DNA from: Setoptus koraiensis
Taxonomy: Eukaryota > Animalia > Arthropoda
Assembly: GCA_048013815.1 (NCBI GenBank)
Contig: CM106585.1
Span: forward strand, 23,188,001 to 23,252,000
Direction: 5' to 3'
Length of the DNA stretch: 64,000 bases
Position numbers and translations under genes: made by a program. Position 1 is the stretch's first letter, and every line of letters begins with the position of its first letter. This document shows positions 48,138 to 61,466 of the stretch, one piece after another. The notes below the pieces were generated by a model. The model ran no database searches, was not told the DNA's origin, and was given only the letters and a program-made list of their open reading frames with translations.

Positions 48138-48351
48138 TGTAACGCCACTGTTGTAACTATCCACACACGTACTATTCATCTCATGGTTCACTTATGATAT
48201 TCACTTGTAAACACTTATATATGCGTGTATTCATCTCAAACACTTCACTTGTGCTTCAACTCTCATACAATAAACATCTAACAGCTAAAGTAAACCTCCC
48301 TCAGCGTCATATTAGTATATCTTGTACCGACTGAACGATTTGGTCGTTACA
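48138..48351 (+). repeat. 3' LTR (214 bp)
   Basis: TGTAACGCCA...CGTTACA; the last 119 bp are identical to the 5' LTR. Ends exactly at the assembly gap. Confidence 0.9.
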
Positions 48352-48851
48352 NNNNNNNNNNNNNNNNNNNNNNNNNNNNNNNNNNNNNNNNNNNNNNNNN
48401 NNNNNNNNNNNNNNNNNNNNNNNNNNNNNNNNNNNNNNNNNNNNNNNNNNNNNNNNNNNNNNNNNNNNNNNNNNNNNNNNNNNNNNNNNNNNNNNNNNNN
48501 NNNNNNNNNNNNNNNNNNNNNNNNNNNNNNNNNNNNNNNNNNNNNNNNNNNNNNNNNNNNNNNNNNNNNNNNNNNNNNNNNNNNNNNNNNNNNNNNNNNN
48601 NNNNNNNNNNNNNNNNNNNNNNNNNNNNNNNNNNNNNNNNNNNNNNNNNNNNNNNNNNNNNNNNNNNNNNNNNNNNNNNNNNNNNNNNNNNNNNNNNNNN
48701 NNNNNNNNNNNNNNNNNNNNNNNNNNNNNNNNNNNNNNNNNNNNNNNNNNNNNNNNNNNNNNNNNNNNNNNNNNNNNNNNNNNNNNNNNNNNNNNNNNNN
48801 NNNNNNNNNNNNNNNNNNNNNNNNNNNNNNNNNNNNNNNNNNNNNNNNNNN
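48352..48851. other. Assembly gap (500 N)
   Basis: Run of N; the poly-X ORFs here are artefacts. Confidence 1.
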
Positions 48852-51800
48852 TCTGTGGCGTGTATGTGTGAGGCGATAAAATTATTAAAACTTCGTCTGC
48901 GGCTTCCTTCTCGAACACATTGGAACAACATTCGGCTTGATCGGATGGAAAGTGGCGAGCTTACGACCAACGGATGAGCGACGCAAATGAGAAAGGAGTG
49001 AATTTATTCTGTTGTGTTCGCTCTCTCTCTCTCTCTCTTTCTCATTTAGAGCGGCGCCACAATGCTCGGCGTTGCATCGCCGAGACAGTTGATATAACAA
49101 CAACAACAACGACGACGACAACAGAAACAGTTGGCCAAAGGGCAATTGTTGGCGCTGCCGCCATGGCAACATTATCCAACTGTTGCGGGCTGCACGAATG
49201 GATATTTGATTGACCGAATTAGGTTGCTAAGCAATGCAGGCGGATTTAGATAGGAGAAGAGATTGAATTTATCAGCCGAGCTGACTTATTGATTGATTGA
49301 TTTGCCGTTGATTGACGTCGCAAATCTCAGCTCTACTTAGCTAAAATCCATTTCCATCGCCGGCTACCTGTTGATAATAACAGCAACAACACCAACCGTA
49401 TGTGGCAACAAATTAGATTAGTTTCGCTAGTTTGTTTGCATGCTGTTGTGATTGCTGCTCCACTTGTTGTTATTTCCTCTCTTTCACTACTAAATTTCTC
49501 TGTTTAGCAACGTTGTTGTTAATAACCACGACTCAAGATTTCCGACTGGCTGTTGTTTAGCAGGCAACTTGAACTAAAACTGAAGCCAAATACCAAACTA
49601 AAGCCCGCACTCACACTCAACACAACACCGCCTTGGCTAACAATATACAATAAACACATGTATATAATAAAAGAATGGGGTCACATGCAGCATTTTCCAC
49701 TGCCACTTCATCGCTCTCGAACGTTGTTGACCGATTCAAATTGGCCAGAAATGGCTCAATGATGGACATTCGCCCGTTCATTACACACTGGCCAACTGTC
49801 GACTTGCCTCTGTTGCCCGATGCATACGATGCCCCATTGCAATGCAATCATCATGCAAATGATTGTGAAGAAGTTTTAAGTTTGCACTTGTCGCTGCTCG
49901 ACAACTTTCAAGTGATTGGCTCACAATGTCAGCAATCGTCAGCTCGAACAAAGAAAGCGACGCTCGAACTTGGAAGGGAGACGCAGCAAATTCATTCGCA
50001 TTTTTGATCACGAGACCATCAAGATGCACAACGCTTGACTGGAGCTCATGGCTCGCTTCACTCGCCTCTGGCGGTGCTCATTATTTTTGTTATTATGTCA
50101 TTATATTCACTATCATCGGCTATTGGCATGAATCGATTGATTAATTAACCTATCAATTGTACAGTGCGATCGACCATACAATGGTGCCCATGTCGAATAA
50201 TCGTGCCGGAAATAAATAACGGTCATAACGGGCGAGTGCTGGGCGAGTCACGTAAAGTTGACTTAAAAAAATGAACATTTTTTGAAGAGCACACAAGCAC
50301 GATCGCAGTATATCGAGCACATTTTACTGCATATACTTGATGTGACGACCAACTGTTGGCCGGACCAGTTAACAGTTTGCAGTTTATTCTCATTTGCATG
50401 CTAGAAAGTCAGAAAGTGAAAGCTTCGAAGGAGAAAAACAGAGCGAGAGTTTTTGTTTTTCCTGGCGGGCGAAAGCAGCTCAATTGATTGATGTCATAAG
50501 ATGCTTCCCTTTATGTTTTTTGCCATTGGCTGCCGCCTGCTTTTTGTTGTTATGTTATCTCAAAATTGGATTTAGGCTTTATTGATGATTAATGAGTTGG
50601 CCCAGGCATCACTTGTTGGCGGCACCGTGTTACATAATAAGTTATGCAATAAGATGAATTATTAACAGGAATAAATGGAGTGAATATTCGATACACTTTA
50701 TCCGTTAATTGAGATCGGTTTTTGTTGGCCCGTCTTAGTGCGGTGTGGTCTGCATCAGCAACATTGCGTATCGTCAGCGACGGCAGTCTATCTGGTCTAT
50801 CTGGTGTTATCGGTGGTCCAATAATGACGCAACAGCAGTGATGAGGATTTGCCAATCACTAGATCGAAATAGATCGGAATAGATGGATCGCATTGTTAAA
50901 ATTCAAATGCAACGAGCCCAGATTAAATGGCATGCAAATGAGCCCATCGTTTTACTGCCAGCTCGATAATACTCCAGCTTGGTATATAATCATTATGTGT
51001 ATGTATGTATATATATATATTGTATATTGTTGGCGTTATTTTTAACAATTGCCAAAGTACCGTTACGTCGTTAGTTGGCGCTATTACATAAGCTGTGAGT
51101 GGATGAAAGGCATAGTTCTCAGCATTGATCTGGGCATTGTTCTTGGCGATTTTGTATAAATAACAAATGTGTGTTACAACAAAGCCAGCACTGTACTACC
51201 TGTTGCTTGACTTGGCCTAGCCGCTTCAACTATAACTATACGCTATCGACTATAACCATACGATATCGTATAGTTAGTAGTCAATGGCGTATAGTTATAG
51301 CAAAAAGGCGATCGCACAATCACAGCGGCCCCAGTGGCAACGGTCAATTGGTAGCAACGGTCGGCGTCAATCGATCAATTGGTCAGTTAATGATCATCGC
51401 ACATACATGTAATAACAACCGTGCCAACGGCGACTAATAATCAACAGCAGTCAACTTGTTCACCGGACAAAAACGGAAAGACTTTTCTGGCGCGCCAACT
51501 AACCTGTCGTTGTGGTTGTTGTCGTTGTTGTAGCGGCGGTTGCTTGTGCTGCTGTCGTTGTTGTAGCTGCCAACAATAACAGCAACAACAACAACAACAA
51601 CCTATGGGCTGACTGGCATTGTTATTGCTGGTTGCTGACCGTTAGTTAGTTGTGACACCGTCAACTAGTGTCCGTTTGTCCGTTTGAGACTCTGCTCAAA
51701 AGTGCGCAAGTCCGAATGTCGCTGCTGTCAGAATACATACCTGTTGTTTTTGCACCATTCATCCTTCCTTTGGCAACTGGCATATATATTACGTATGTGG

Positions 51801-53943
51801 CACTACAATGGCTGCCAAATACATAATAAACAGTCAGCAAACAGTTGCCGGCTAGCGACGCTCGCCAGCGCCAACAAGACCCACATAGGAGCTGTGTGTG
51901 TGTGTGTGTGTGTGTGTGTGTTGGTGGGTCGCACACAGGTAACAGGTAAGAGACGCAAGAGACGTAACAGGTGCATGTGATTGGTTGGTGGTTGCATGCA
52001 AATGATGATCTCACTCATCATCAGCTGTTTAGGTGTCACTATCAAAGGAGCGAGAGACAGAGCGCGAGAGAGAGAGAGAGAGACTGACCACTTAAGAGTG
52101 ACCAGCAGTCAGTTGGTGCCGCTCGAGTTGATAGTGGCCGCTCGCTTGTACCTAGTGGCTCTGTGTTGCAGCATTTAATGATATGATGAATAGCAGCATT
52201 CATAAGTGGTCAGTGCAACTAATGACACTTGTTGCGCCAAGCTCTGCACTTGTTGTTGTCTCGTTGGCTGACTGACCGACTGGCTAAGTGACCGGTTAGC
52301 TGGCCGGCTGGCTGGCAAAAGTCAGCGTGAAGTCATCTGATATTTCCAGGTGGATTTTGCAGTGATGAGATCATCACTACAAGATCACTGCAAGCTCGCC
52401 AAGCTCGCCAAGCTCACCAAGCTCGCCAAGAGGTCAATAAACTGAATTAGCTAGCTCAATAAGTTTAGTTTTGGGCACACAACGCAACGTAACGCAACGC
52501 AACGCAACGCAAAATAACATGGCACTGTGTTGCGTAAGTGGCCGATGTCACGCTGACCAGCGCTGGTGATTATTTTACATCTCACGTATAACAACATGGA
52601 GAGCTAGCCAACTGGCCGGTCATCTCTACACTTGTGTCTGTTTGCTGATATTCCCATCGTGTGTAATGCATTGTAATCCCGGCAGCGACGCAATTAGATT
52701 CTAGTTCACAGCCAACAACGGCAACAACGACAACAACAACAACGGCAACAACGACAACAACGGCAACAACGGCAACAACGACAACAACAACAGCAACAAC
52801 AGCAACAACAACAACAGCAACACCGAAGAGTGCACGGTGCAACTCATGTCATCGCGGGCTGGGCCAAGCCGAGCGAGAAGCATTGTATAAACATAGATAT
52901 GATTTAATGATTCTTCGTTCCTTCATTCCGCACACACACACACACACACTACAATGGCGTGTGTTGCCTGCTGGATCTTCTTACATAATACAAACAGTAA
53001 CACAACATACTGTGGGCATTATATAATACGTGACGGGCTGCTTTTACACTTTTAAACACCCTAATGGATCGTGACACAATGCTGGCTTCAATAAGCGTGA
53101 CAGTGCACGCTTCTTCTTTGCACTTATATGCGACAACCACAACCAACACTGACAATTTGTTACCTGTTGCAGGCACATTTACTCGCAACCAGCCTGACAT
53201 AACTATGTAGTTATGTAACTGTTCTGTTGCCGTAATGAATATATTGGCGGCTGGTGTTTGGTCGCGTTCAATGCGTTGCAACAAGGCTGCGCACAAGGCG
53301 TGCTGCTGGTATAAATAGACACACGAAACTGGTCAATAATGGTGGCTACAAATAAGCACAAATAAATACAAATAAATGAACACAAATAGACGAAAATTTT
53401 AATGAAAAACTTTCACTCGTTTAGCGACTGTCGCCATATCTCGATATGTAACATGTTATATATATAAATCTCCATCCAATGTGATCCATCTAAATTGACG
53501 GCGAACTGATTGAACTTGACTCGTCGTTGAATGATGACCAACTAATTATAGAACAGGTTGCAGCAAGTTGCAGAATGATGATGATTGCCATTAGTATGCA
53601 TTGGTTGTAGTGCAATGGTCACTGAGCTCACTCTGGCCACTAATGCAGTGAGCGAAAATCAAACGCATTCATTGGGCCGGCCACCAAATATTAATAGCAA
53701 CACACAGTGCAACAAAACAGGTTACAGTTTAATTAATTAGATAGTCAACAGTAACACATATACACTACAAATGCAACAAGTTGCATTAATGAGTTGCTAA
53801 AAGAGATAACACTCTCGACAATGTAATAAATAGCGTCTTGAGTTATTTTGTGCGGTGTGCCGTGTGCGTTGTGTGTGACGTGACGTTAATGTTGCTTGTG
53901 GAAAATTCTAGCTCGCCAGCGGGAGCTAGTTAAAGTCACAAAG

Positions 53944-53944
<1 letters not shown>

Positions 53945-54016
<72 letters not shown>
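53945..54016. repeat. (CA)n microsatellite
   Basis: Read directly. Confidence 0.95.
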
Positions 54017-54017
<1 letters not shown>

Positions 54018-55610
54018 GTCACTTGTATGGCAACTTGTATGGCAACGAATGGGATACAAGTTGACATCATGATCATCGCTGATAAATCATTGCGATGGTT
54101 GTTTGTTGCTTCTTGTTGATTGCCTGCCATTGAGTACATAATGCAACCATGTGAAAAGATGCCCCTCTCCGCGTCCAATCCGCAGAGCATATATATATTT
54201 ATACATGTATATACACACTCTAAATATATAGAGTGTGTGTGTGTGCAATTAATCAGTGGCCGCCATTATAGCATGGGTTACATCATCAATCAAGACTAAC
54301 TAAAATGATGATTGCATTATCCTATTTAGTTGCCTGATGTGCTCCAATTCATTTAGTGGAATTTCCATTTCCATTTCCCTTTTCATTTCCATTTCGTTTG
54401 CCGTTTGCCGTTTGCATTTCCATTTATTTGGTTGCCGATGCAACAAGCATGTGATGCCACAGTTTGCATTAGTTTACTTACAGTAGCTTGTATACATTTG
54501 TATATATGCTCTATTGGGCAGTTGCAGTCATTGGAGCCAGCAGCAAGCAACTAAACAAACAACAACTACAACTGTCTATTGCGAGTCACTATTGGCAGTG
54601 GCCGGCGTGCAACGATGAGCAACATCTAGATATCGCATTCACAGCATAGTGGTCAGTTGCAGTTGCATCATAAACACTCTTTCAGATGCCACTCGCAAGC
54701 TCACTTTTATACATTACCTGTCTCTATAAATATAATACATTATATATCACATTCACCTGTAGCCACATAGGGCGTACAGGTGAATGAGACACTGTCTGTG
54801 TCTGCATGAATATTAATATTGAAATTAATAACCGAGTGATCATCTCAACATCTAATCTCATTCCTCTGTTGCCTGTTACCTGTTGCAAAGATGATAGCTC
54901 TATTGCGAGTTGAGCTATCGTCTTATGTGCAAAGTGTGCAAAGTGTGCATAGTGTGCATAGTGTTTGCATAGTGTGTGTCCATGCCGTTTGTCTGCAATG
55001 GCTCGCCAAGACAAGTGCTCCCTTCTTCGACTGTTTAATATGATATAGCAGTGTCAGATATGCACACGGCATTAGCAGCGCCATCATCAGCAGTCTTGGC
55101 AGCAGTGTTATCAGCAGTTTTATCAGGCTGAAGCGGATCTATCGCAATCTCGTTGCGATCGGCTCGCCACCGGTTGCCCTGTTGCCTGGCCCTGTTGTGT
55201 GCCCATGTTGTATCGCCGTGATTGTGCTGCATCAGGACAAGTGCCATTTGAATGTGGCGGCTGCATCCTGAGCTGGATGCCGGTCAGTTCTCGCATCCCA
55301 GTTTCGACCTTGACGAATATTGGCCATTGTCGCCGTGCTGAATCGCTTTGCAAATCACCTGTTGCTGTTGCTGCTGCAGTTGCTGTTGCAGTTGCTGTTG
55401 GAGTTGCTGGCGCAGTTGCACTTGTTGCCGCTCGTCGCTGGGCTTGCCAAATCGGTCGGTGTGTCGCTAATCGATTGCGAATGCATTATAATCTGGGCAC
55501 TGGCGCTGGCCAGCCGATCATTGTGATAATAATGCGGCAATAATTCAGTTTGACATAATTAGGCGTATTCATTCATGTGAATCCCATCATTAATATCACA
55601 GCCACATCGA

Positions 55611-55663
<53 letters not shown>

Positions 55664-56380
55664 GTAGACCAATTCAATACGATTTAATATATGTGGAATA
55701 ATGGACAGATTATCACACACACACATGCCAATATGCCATTATTACGCAATGTAGGTATTATTGGAAGATGAGCTCATCACACCGGCTGTCATACTACACA
55801 TTATATGCTCTGTGTATAGCGCAGTTATATTGCAGTTATATCAGAGCGAGTGTGTGTGTGTGTGTGTGAATTTAGCCAATTCACTGGCTGTTGTAACATG
55901 AATAAACCGTTACAAATGGATCAAGTTGCACACACACACACACACACTGTAACTGTAGAGCGAGCAGTTAATTTGATTGGAGCCACAATTTGAATATTCG
56001 CAATTTGCATGTTCTCGCGCACTCTCAGCAAGTGCAACTACAATGCGCAGGAGTGTTTCTATCTGTGTATGTGTGTCTCGCCAAAGTAATACAAGTCGAC
56101 ATACAACAGTATAATGCAGTTAACTGCAAGCTAAACTACCTGTCGTGTTGCATTACGCAACAACACTTGCTGTGTTGTAGCTATAACTGTTATAACTGAT
56201 GCAACTATTGATGCTAATAATAACAGCTGTTACAGCTGTATTATAAGTTATAACACAGTATAGTGGTCGTGTGGGTAGTATTGTCTTGTCAGCTGACAAT
56301 TGTTTTGTTGCTCATTCAATTGTGTTGCTGGCGCTATTGTTGCCAGCATTGTTTGTAAGCAACCGAAAACTAAACATTCA

Positions 56381-56467
56381 TTCGAATCGTTCGAATCGTT
56401 CGAATCGTTCGAATCGTTCGAATCGTTCGAATCGTTCGGATCGTTCGAATCGTTCGAATCGTTCGAA
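56381..56467. repeat. 9-bp tandem repeat (TTCGAATCG)n, ~9.5 units
   Basis: Read directly; one variant unit TTCGGATCG at 56435. Confidence 0.95.
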
Positions 56468-58430
56468 TAGAGAGGCAGAGAGAGAGAAGACACTTTTTTA
56501 TTTTATCCCTCATCCTCTCTTATCCCTTTACCACATCAGGTGTCACCTTGATTTGTTGTTGTTGTCGTTCCACTTGCCGTTGTCGGTGTAACTGTTGCGC
56601 TTGCAACCTACCTACCGCTCACATCGCACACCATCAAGCTTGCACTTGTACAAGTGCGCGTGATGCGCATGCACACAAAATCTAAAATTAGATAATAATG
56701 ATTCTTATATGTTTTGCATGCATATTCTAGAGTGACCATCGCAACCTGTCACCAGATCTCTCACAAGATTATGCGTCGACGCTCAGACACACTGGCCAGA
56801 CCGATTGCAAATATTGTTGGACCGTTTGAAGGTTCCAGGGTTTTATTCGAGGGCCAACCAAAACAGATGCACAGCAAATACAGTGTCGCTCAATGCAACG
56901 CAACACGCAACTAAACCGACGGCTGACAGTGAGTCAAGTAAATGGAAATAAACAAGACAAGATATAGTTGTCATGTTATGCAATGTTATGCAATCCAGGC
57001 GACCGCATGAGACACATTGCACTCATTGGGAACAATTCTAATTGAGTGTCGCCGGCTAATGGTTGCCAAAATAACATTATTTTCGACTCAATTTCGCCAC
57101 TTACTATGACCATATTATGCAAATAGGCGTTTGTCATTTCAATGCGACATTTATAATGGCGGCGCAAGAAATATGAAGCTGTTATTGTTATTATTTATTG
57201 TCATCTATCTGTCTAGATATGTCTGGCGAGCGAGACACATACGCAAGATGCTGATCTCTTGTTTCTGTGTTCTCATTAAGCCGGCCCTGTCAAGCTCACT
57301 ATCAAGCTATTTATCTGTCTCGAGTGACACAACAAGTGTTGTTGCAAACAATAAACACTACACTTGATGACAATGACCACCAACTTTAAATAATGTACCT
57401 TGAATAGTGCGTTGACAGTTACCATGACAAGCGCAGCGAGCCTCGAATGTGGAACACACGAACCGTTATATGCCGTTGCTCATGTGCAGCCTGTCTGTCA
57501 TAGCCTTGTTTACCGTTGTATTCAGACCCTTACCTGTCGACAGTTGGACGTATATGTGTATGCATTATAACCATTATATTTTGAATGGGCACAAAGATGC
57601 ACAGACACTCAGATGTGAGCAGATAGATTAGCGGACAGGTAGCTGGCAACAAGTATAAGTAGTTTGCATAATTTAGTTAGTTAAGTCAGCTGGTTGGTCA
57701 ACCGAAGGCACACAATTGAAGGTCACACAATATTCACCACTATGCTAGCTAGGCGGTTGTAGCAGTGAATATATGGCAGTGTTGTTGGGCTTTTGTGTTG
57801 CGTTGTGTTGTGTTGTGTTGCGTTGTGCTGTTCTGTGTCCATTGGTGAACTCAATAATGACAGACAATAATGACATGTGATGACTTGCAACAATATTGGA
57901 TTCACTCGCTGGACACCAAAGCACCGTTAATGGTCACAGGTAACACTGTTAACAGGTGGCGAGCGAGCGACACTCGCATTCAATCCATTCAATTCAAGGC
58001 ATGGCCATAGAAAGACACACATACACACACAGACCAGGTGAAGTGAGCGCTTGGTCAGCGTGATAATTTTACCACCATATTGTTAAATGGATTAATCATG
58101 TCGCCACTGTTGCGCAGTGGGTTAGTTGTGCGACTTGTGGTGCAGCTTGAATATTCACACAATATTCTCACCGTATGTACATAATAATGAGAGACAATAA
58201 TAATGAGTCGATCCTTACATGTCGGCACACTGAGGCCGCTGACACAATATGCTAGCATGCCAGAAAGAGATCATTATTATCGCCTATTACTGTGTGTATG
58301 TCATTATTACTGCATTATCAGCTGTATTATTATTGTTGTTGTCATTGCTGTTGTTGTTATAACTCTTACAAGGATGAAAATTGAAATCATCATATCACAA
58401 CAACAACAACAACATTTAGATCCATCTTGT

Positions 58431-58500
58431 TGTTACATAACATTACATAGCATTACGTAACATTACGCAACATTACGAGACATTACGAAACATTACGTAA
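58431..58500. repeat. 10-bp tandem array (CATTACRNRA-like), 7 units
   Basis: tgttacataa cattacatag cattacgtaa cattacgcaa cattacgaga cattacgaaa cattacgtaa. Confidence 0.85.
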
Positions 58501-59411
58501 GATAAAGGCATGTAATAATAGTAATAATTCTTGACCACTGCTATATAAGCCGCTGTAACAGATATAATTTGATGCATGCAGTTAAACGCATTAAGAGCAT
58601 GCCAAGTGTGGGATCAGGGTCAGTGTGTAAATTGATTCAATTATTTTTATTATTGTTGTCTGGTGTTGATAGACACAGAATACATGATGATAGTTTGTAA
58701 ATAAGCATAAGTCAATAGTAAGTGTGGTGTGTGGGCAAGTGTGTAAGTGTGTAAGTGTGCGGCTAAAAGAAACTAACAACACTCTTGTCATAACAACAAT
58801 AATCTAAATTGAATTCCCTTCGAAACTTTATACCAAGTGAGAGATTGTTGATTTAATTAGATCGCTTGGGTCCGGTTTGCTTGGTCCAATTTAAACATTG
58901 CACAGCAATCAATGGACACAAGTGAGTCTATTAATGCTCACTCACGATCACTCTCAAATGTCAGCCGGCGCCAGTATACTAATTAGTTTCTCTGAGCTCG
59001 TTCGTTTCACTCATTAACGTTAAGAGTTTTAGTCACAATTGATATACGCTATCAGCTGCCATAGTGTTCTACTTGACTATTCAATCTGCGGCATCATAGA
59101 TCACTAAGCGAGATAAAAAAAGCGATTGTATATCCCTATTGTTTTTATCGTTAAGCCTCTCTCCCTCTCTCTCTCTCTCCCTCGCTGAACGTCTGTCTGA
59201 CCATTACTCACTGACTAACGGTATCTGACCAACCGTGTCAGGGTCCGTAGTACAGGCAGTCATATCCTCTGCGTGTCCGTGACAGGTATGAATAAATTCA
59301 GTGGTCTCGATTTTAGTCCAGTCGGCCAGACATGGATCAATCAAAGGACTATGACCTGTGATTAGTGATTTTGATTGAGCAATGGCCAACTAATTGGACA
59401 TTAATCGCCGC

Positions 59412-59518
<107 letters not shown>

Positions 59519-61386
59519 AAGAGAGGAAAGGGAATTCACAATGGAACAATGGCACTTCCTTTAAAGATATGCAATTGTACTTGGAGCGACTTTCTAATTA
59601 GTCCTTCGTAGCTTCCACAGTCCCCTATATATTTTCTATTTAGTAGTAGACAACAACAATAAATGATGTGTTCTTGTCGGCCCGCTACTCAACTTGTGAG
59701 CTTTTGAGCTTGTCAAACTGGACATTAAATCTGCTTGCTGAATAAATAGCTGTGTAGCTAGAAAATTATAATAATATTCGACTACGAAAACGAGATTCAA
59801 CTACGCTCAGGCACACGACATAGTGACGCACACGACACTGCGCTCATGCAAGTAATTGGTCTAATTAGTAAGGAATCTTTTATCTTCCTTAATTAAAAGC
59901 AACAATAAAACTTCAATTATAATATACGTCACACGAACAATGAATGCGAGGGAGTGAGGGAAAGGGAGAGCGGCAGCGGGAGACGCACTTCTTTAAAATT
60001 GGGCCATGCGAAACAAGCAAATAAAGCCAGTGCTTGTTAGTCTGTTTAATTTAGTGTTACATCGGACACTAGATCATACAATGGACATTTAATGTGTTCA
60101 CGCTGATATATTATAAATGTTCAAAACCCTCAGGAGATGAACCGGTCAGTCCAATGCACACTCATCCTAAATGATGGGAAGGGATGGGTCGGGATGAAAT
60201 GGAACGATTCAAATTCAACTGTTAGGTCAACTTAGATTCAGATCGCTGATATAAATTAATTGAATCTAATATTGTAACATTGTTATCATAATAAATATTG
60301 CTTGAGCTTGCCTATCCCCTTTTGCTATCATCATAACTGACTTCATCATTAGCCAATGCAGCGAAACGAAACGAAGCAAGACAGCAACAACAAACAACAG
60401 TTATATTCAACAACAGGAAACCGCTATCAGGCAAGATCTAGTTCTAGTTGTTGCCTGCGTATGTTTATGGCTGATTATGCAGATATCGATTGTTGATTGA
60501 TTAATACTAATTCACCTGTCTGAGGTTTGAATTATTGTTCAGCGCCACTAGTACCAAGTAGAGATTACTTTTCTTTCCTTTCCTTTCCTTTCTTTTTTTG
60601 CCGTTACTATGTTTGCAGTTACTATGATTTATTAAGATTGTATTCCGATAATAATTGCAAGATATTGTATAGATATTTTATTTGGGCCAGTTAAATAATC
60701 AAGTGAAATCAAGTATCAAGATTGATCGAATAGGGCGAGCCTATGATTTCAGTTGAAAAGTTCGAATCATATATGCAATCAGCTGCCAAATGAAAGATAT
60801 TCACCTTAGGCCTACATGAATAGCTGATAATCGTTCTGCAGACACACACACACACTCACATAACTGGATGTAAAATGATGATGAAATTATAACGATTGTT
60901 CAAGCGTATAAAATGAGTTTATATCCTTCTCTATGCCTCTGTCTATCTGCCTGTTTATCTATCACTGTGTGCTCCGTTATGGCCGAAGATCGAGAAGCTA
61001 GCGATGGCATGGTGGTTGCGCCCATCGGTCATTGATTGTAGCCTCATTCGCCAAGATAGTAAGCCAACAGTCTCTGGGGAGATGAAATTTCGTTGCCTAC
61101 CGGGAATTCACAGTGAGAGAGAACCTTGAAGTCGAAGTCGTTTCTACATGCAATCTCCGGCCAACCTAAACTAAAGAACTTGTGATGTGTGTGTTTGAGT
61201 GCAGAAGTGATGCAATAGACTTCTATCTAGCCAGTTGCATCTTTAAGTCACTATTTTTAGTTTAGTGTGACTAGGCATCCTTCGACATTTGCCTTTCGTG
61301 GTCATCTCCACTAGCCGATCGGCTGCTTCTCCAGCCAGCCGGTTCTCATGATCATTTTGGCATCTCTCCGGTTCAAATCGTTGTTG

Positions 61387-61391
<5 letters not shown>

Positions 61392-61462
<71 letters not shown>
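61392..61462. repeat. (CT)n microsatellite
   Basis: Read directly. Confidence 0.95.

Positions 61463-61466
<4 letters not shown>

Larger units (their letters stand above)
44640..48351 (+). mobile_element. Non-autonomous Ty3/gypsy-derived LTR retrotransposon (3.7 kb) with Gag-GPY/F fusion ORF and RING-Ubl cargo ORF
   Basis: TG...CA LTRs with TGTAACG/CGTTACA inverted ends, a PBS after the 5' LTR, a PPT before the 3' LTR and two internal sense ORFs. The TSD cannot be checked because the 3' LTR abuts the N gap. Confidence 0.92.

Noticed and set aside
48307-48970. Three long poly-X ORFs
   Set aside because: Artefacts of the 500-N gap.
49675-50007. 110-aa ORF after the gap
   Set aside because: No recognisable motif or flanking splice structure, and similar-sized ORFs overlap it on both strands.
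55593-55614. TATCACAGCC, matching the 5' end of the miR-2/13 family
   Set aside because: The match ends after ~10 nt and the upstream arm pairs poorly; no convincing hairpin.
56381-56467. (TTCGAATCG)n as a heat-shock element or CRISPR-like array
   Set aside because: GAA/TTC spacing is 0 and 3 nt rather than the nGAAnnTTCn 2-nt spacing, and there are no unique spacers; it is a simple minisatellite.
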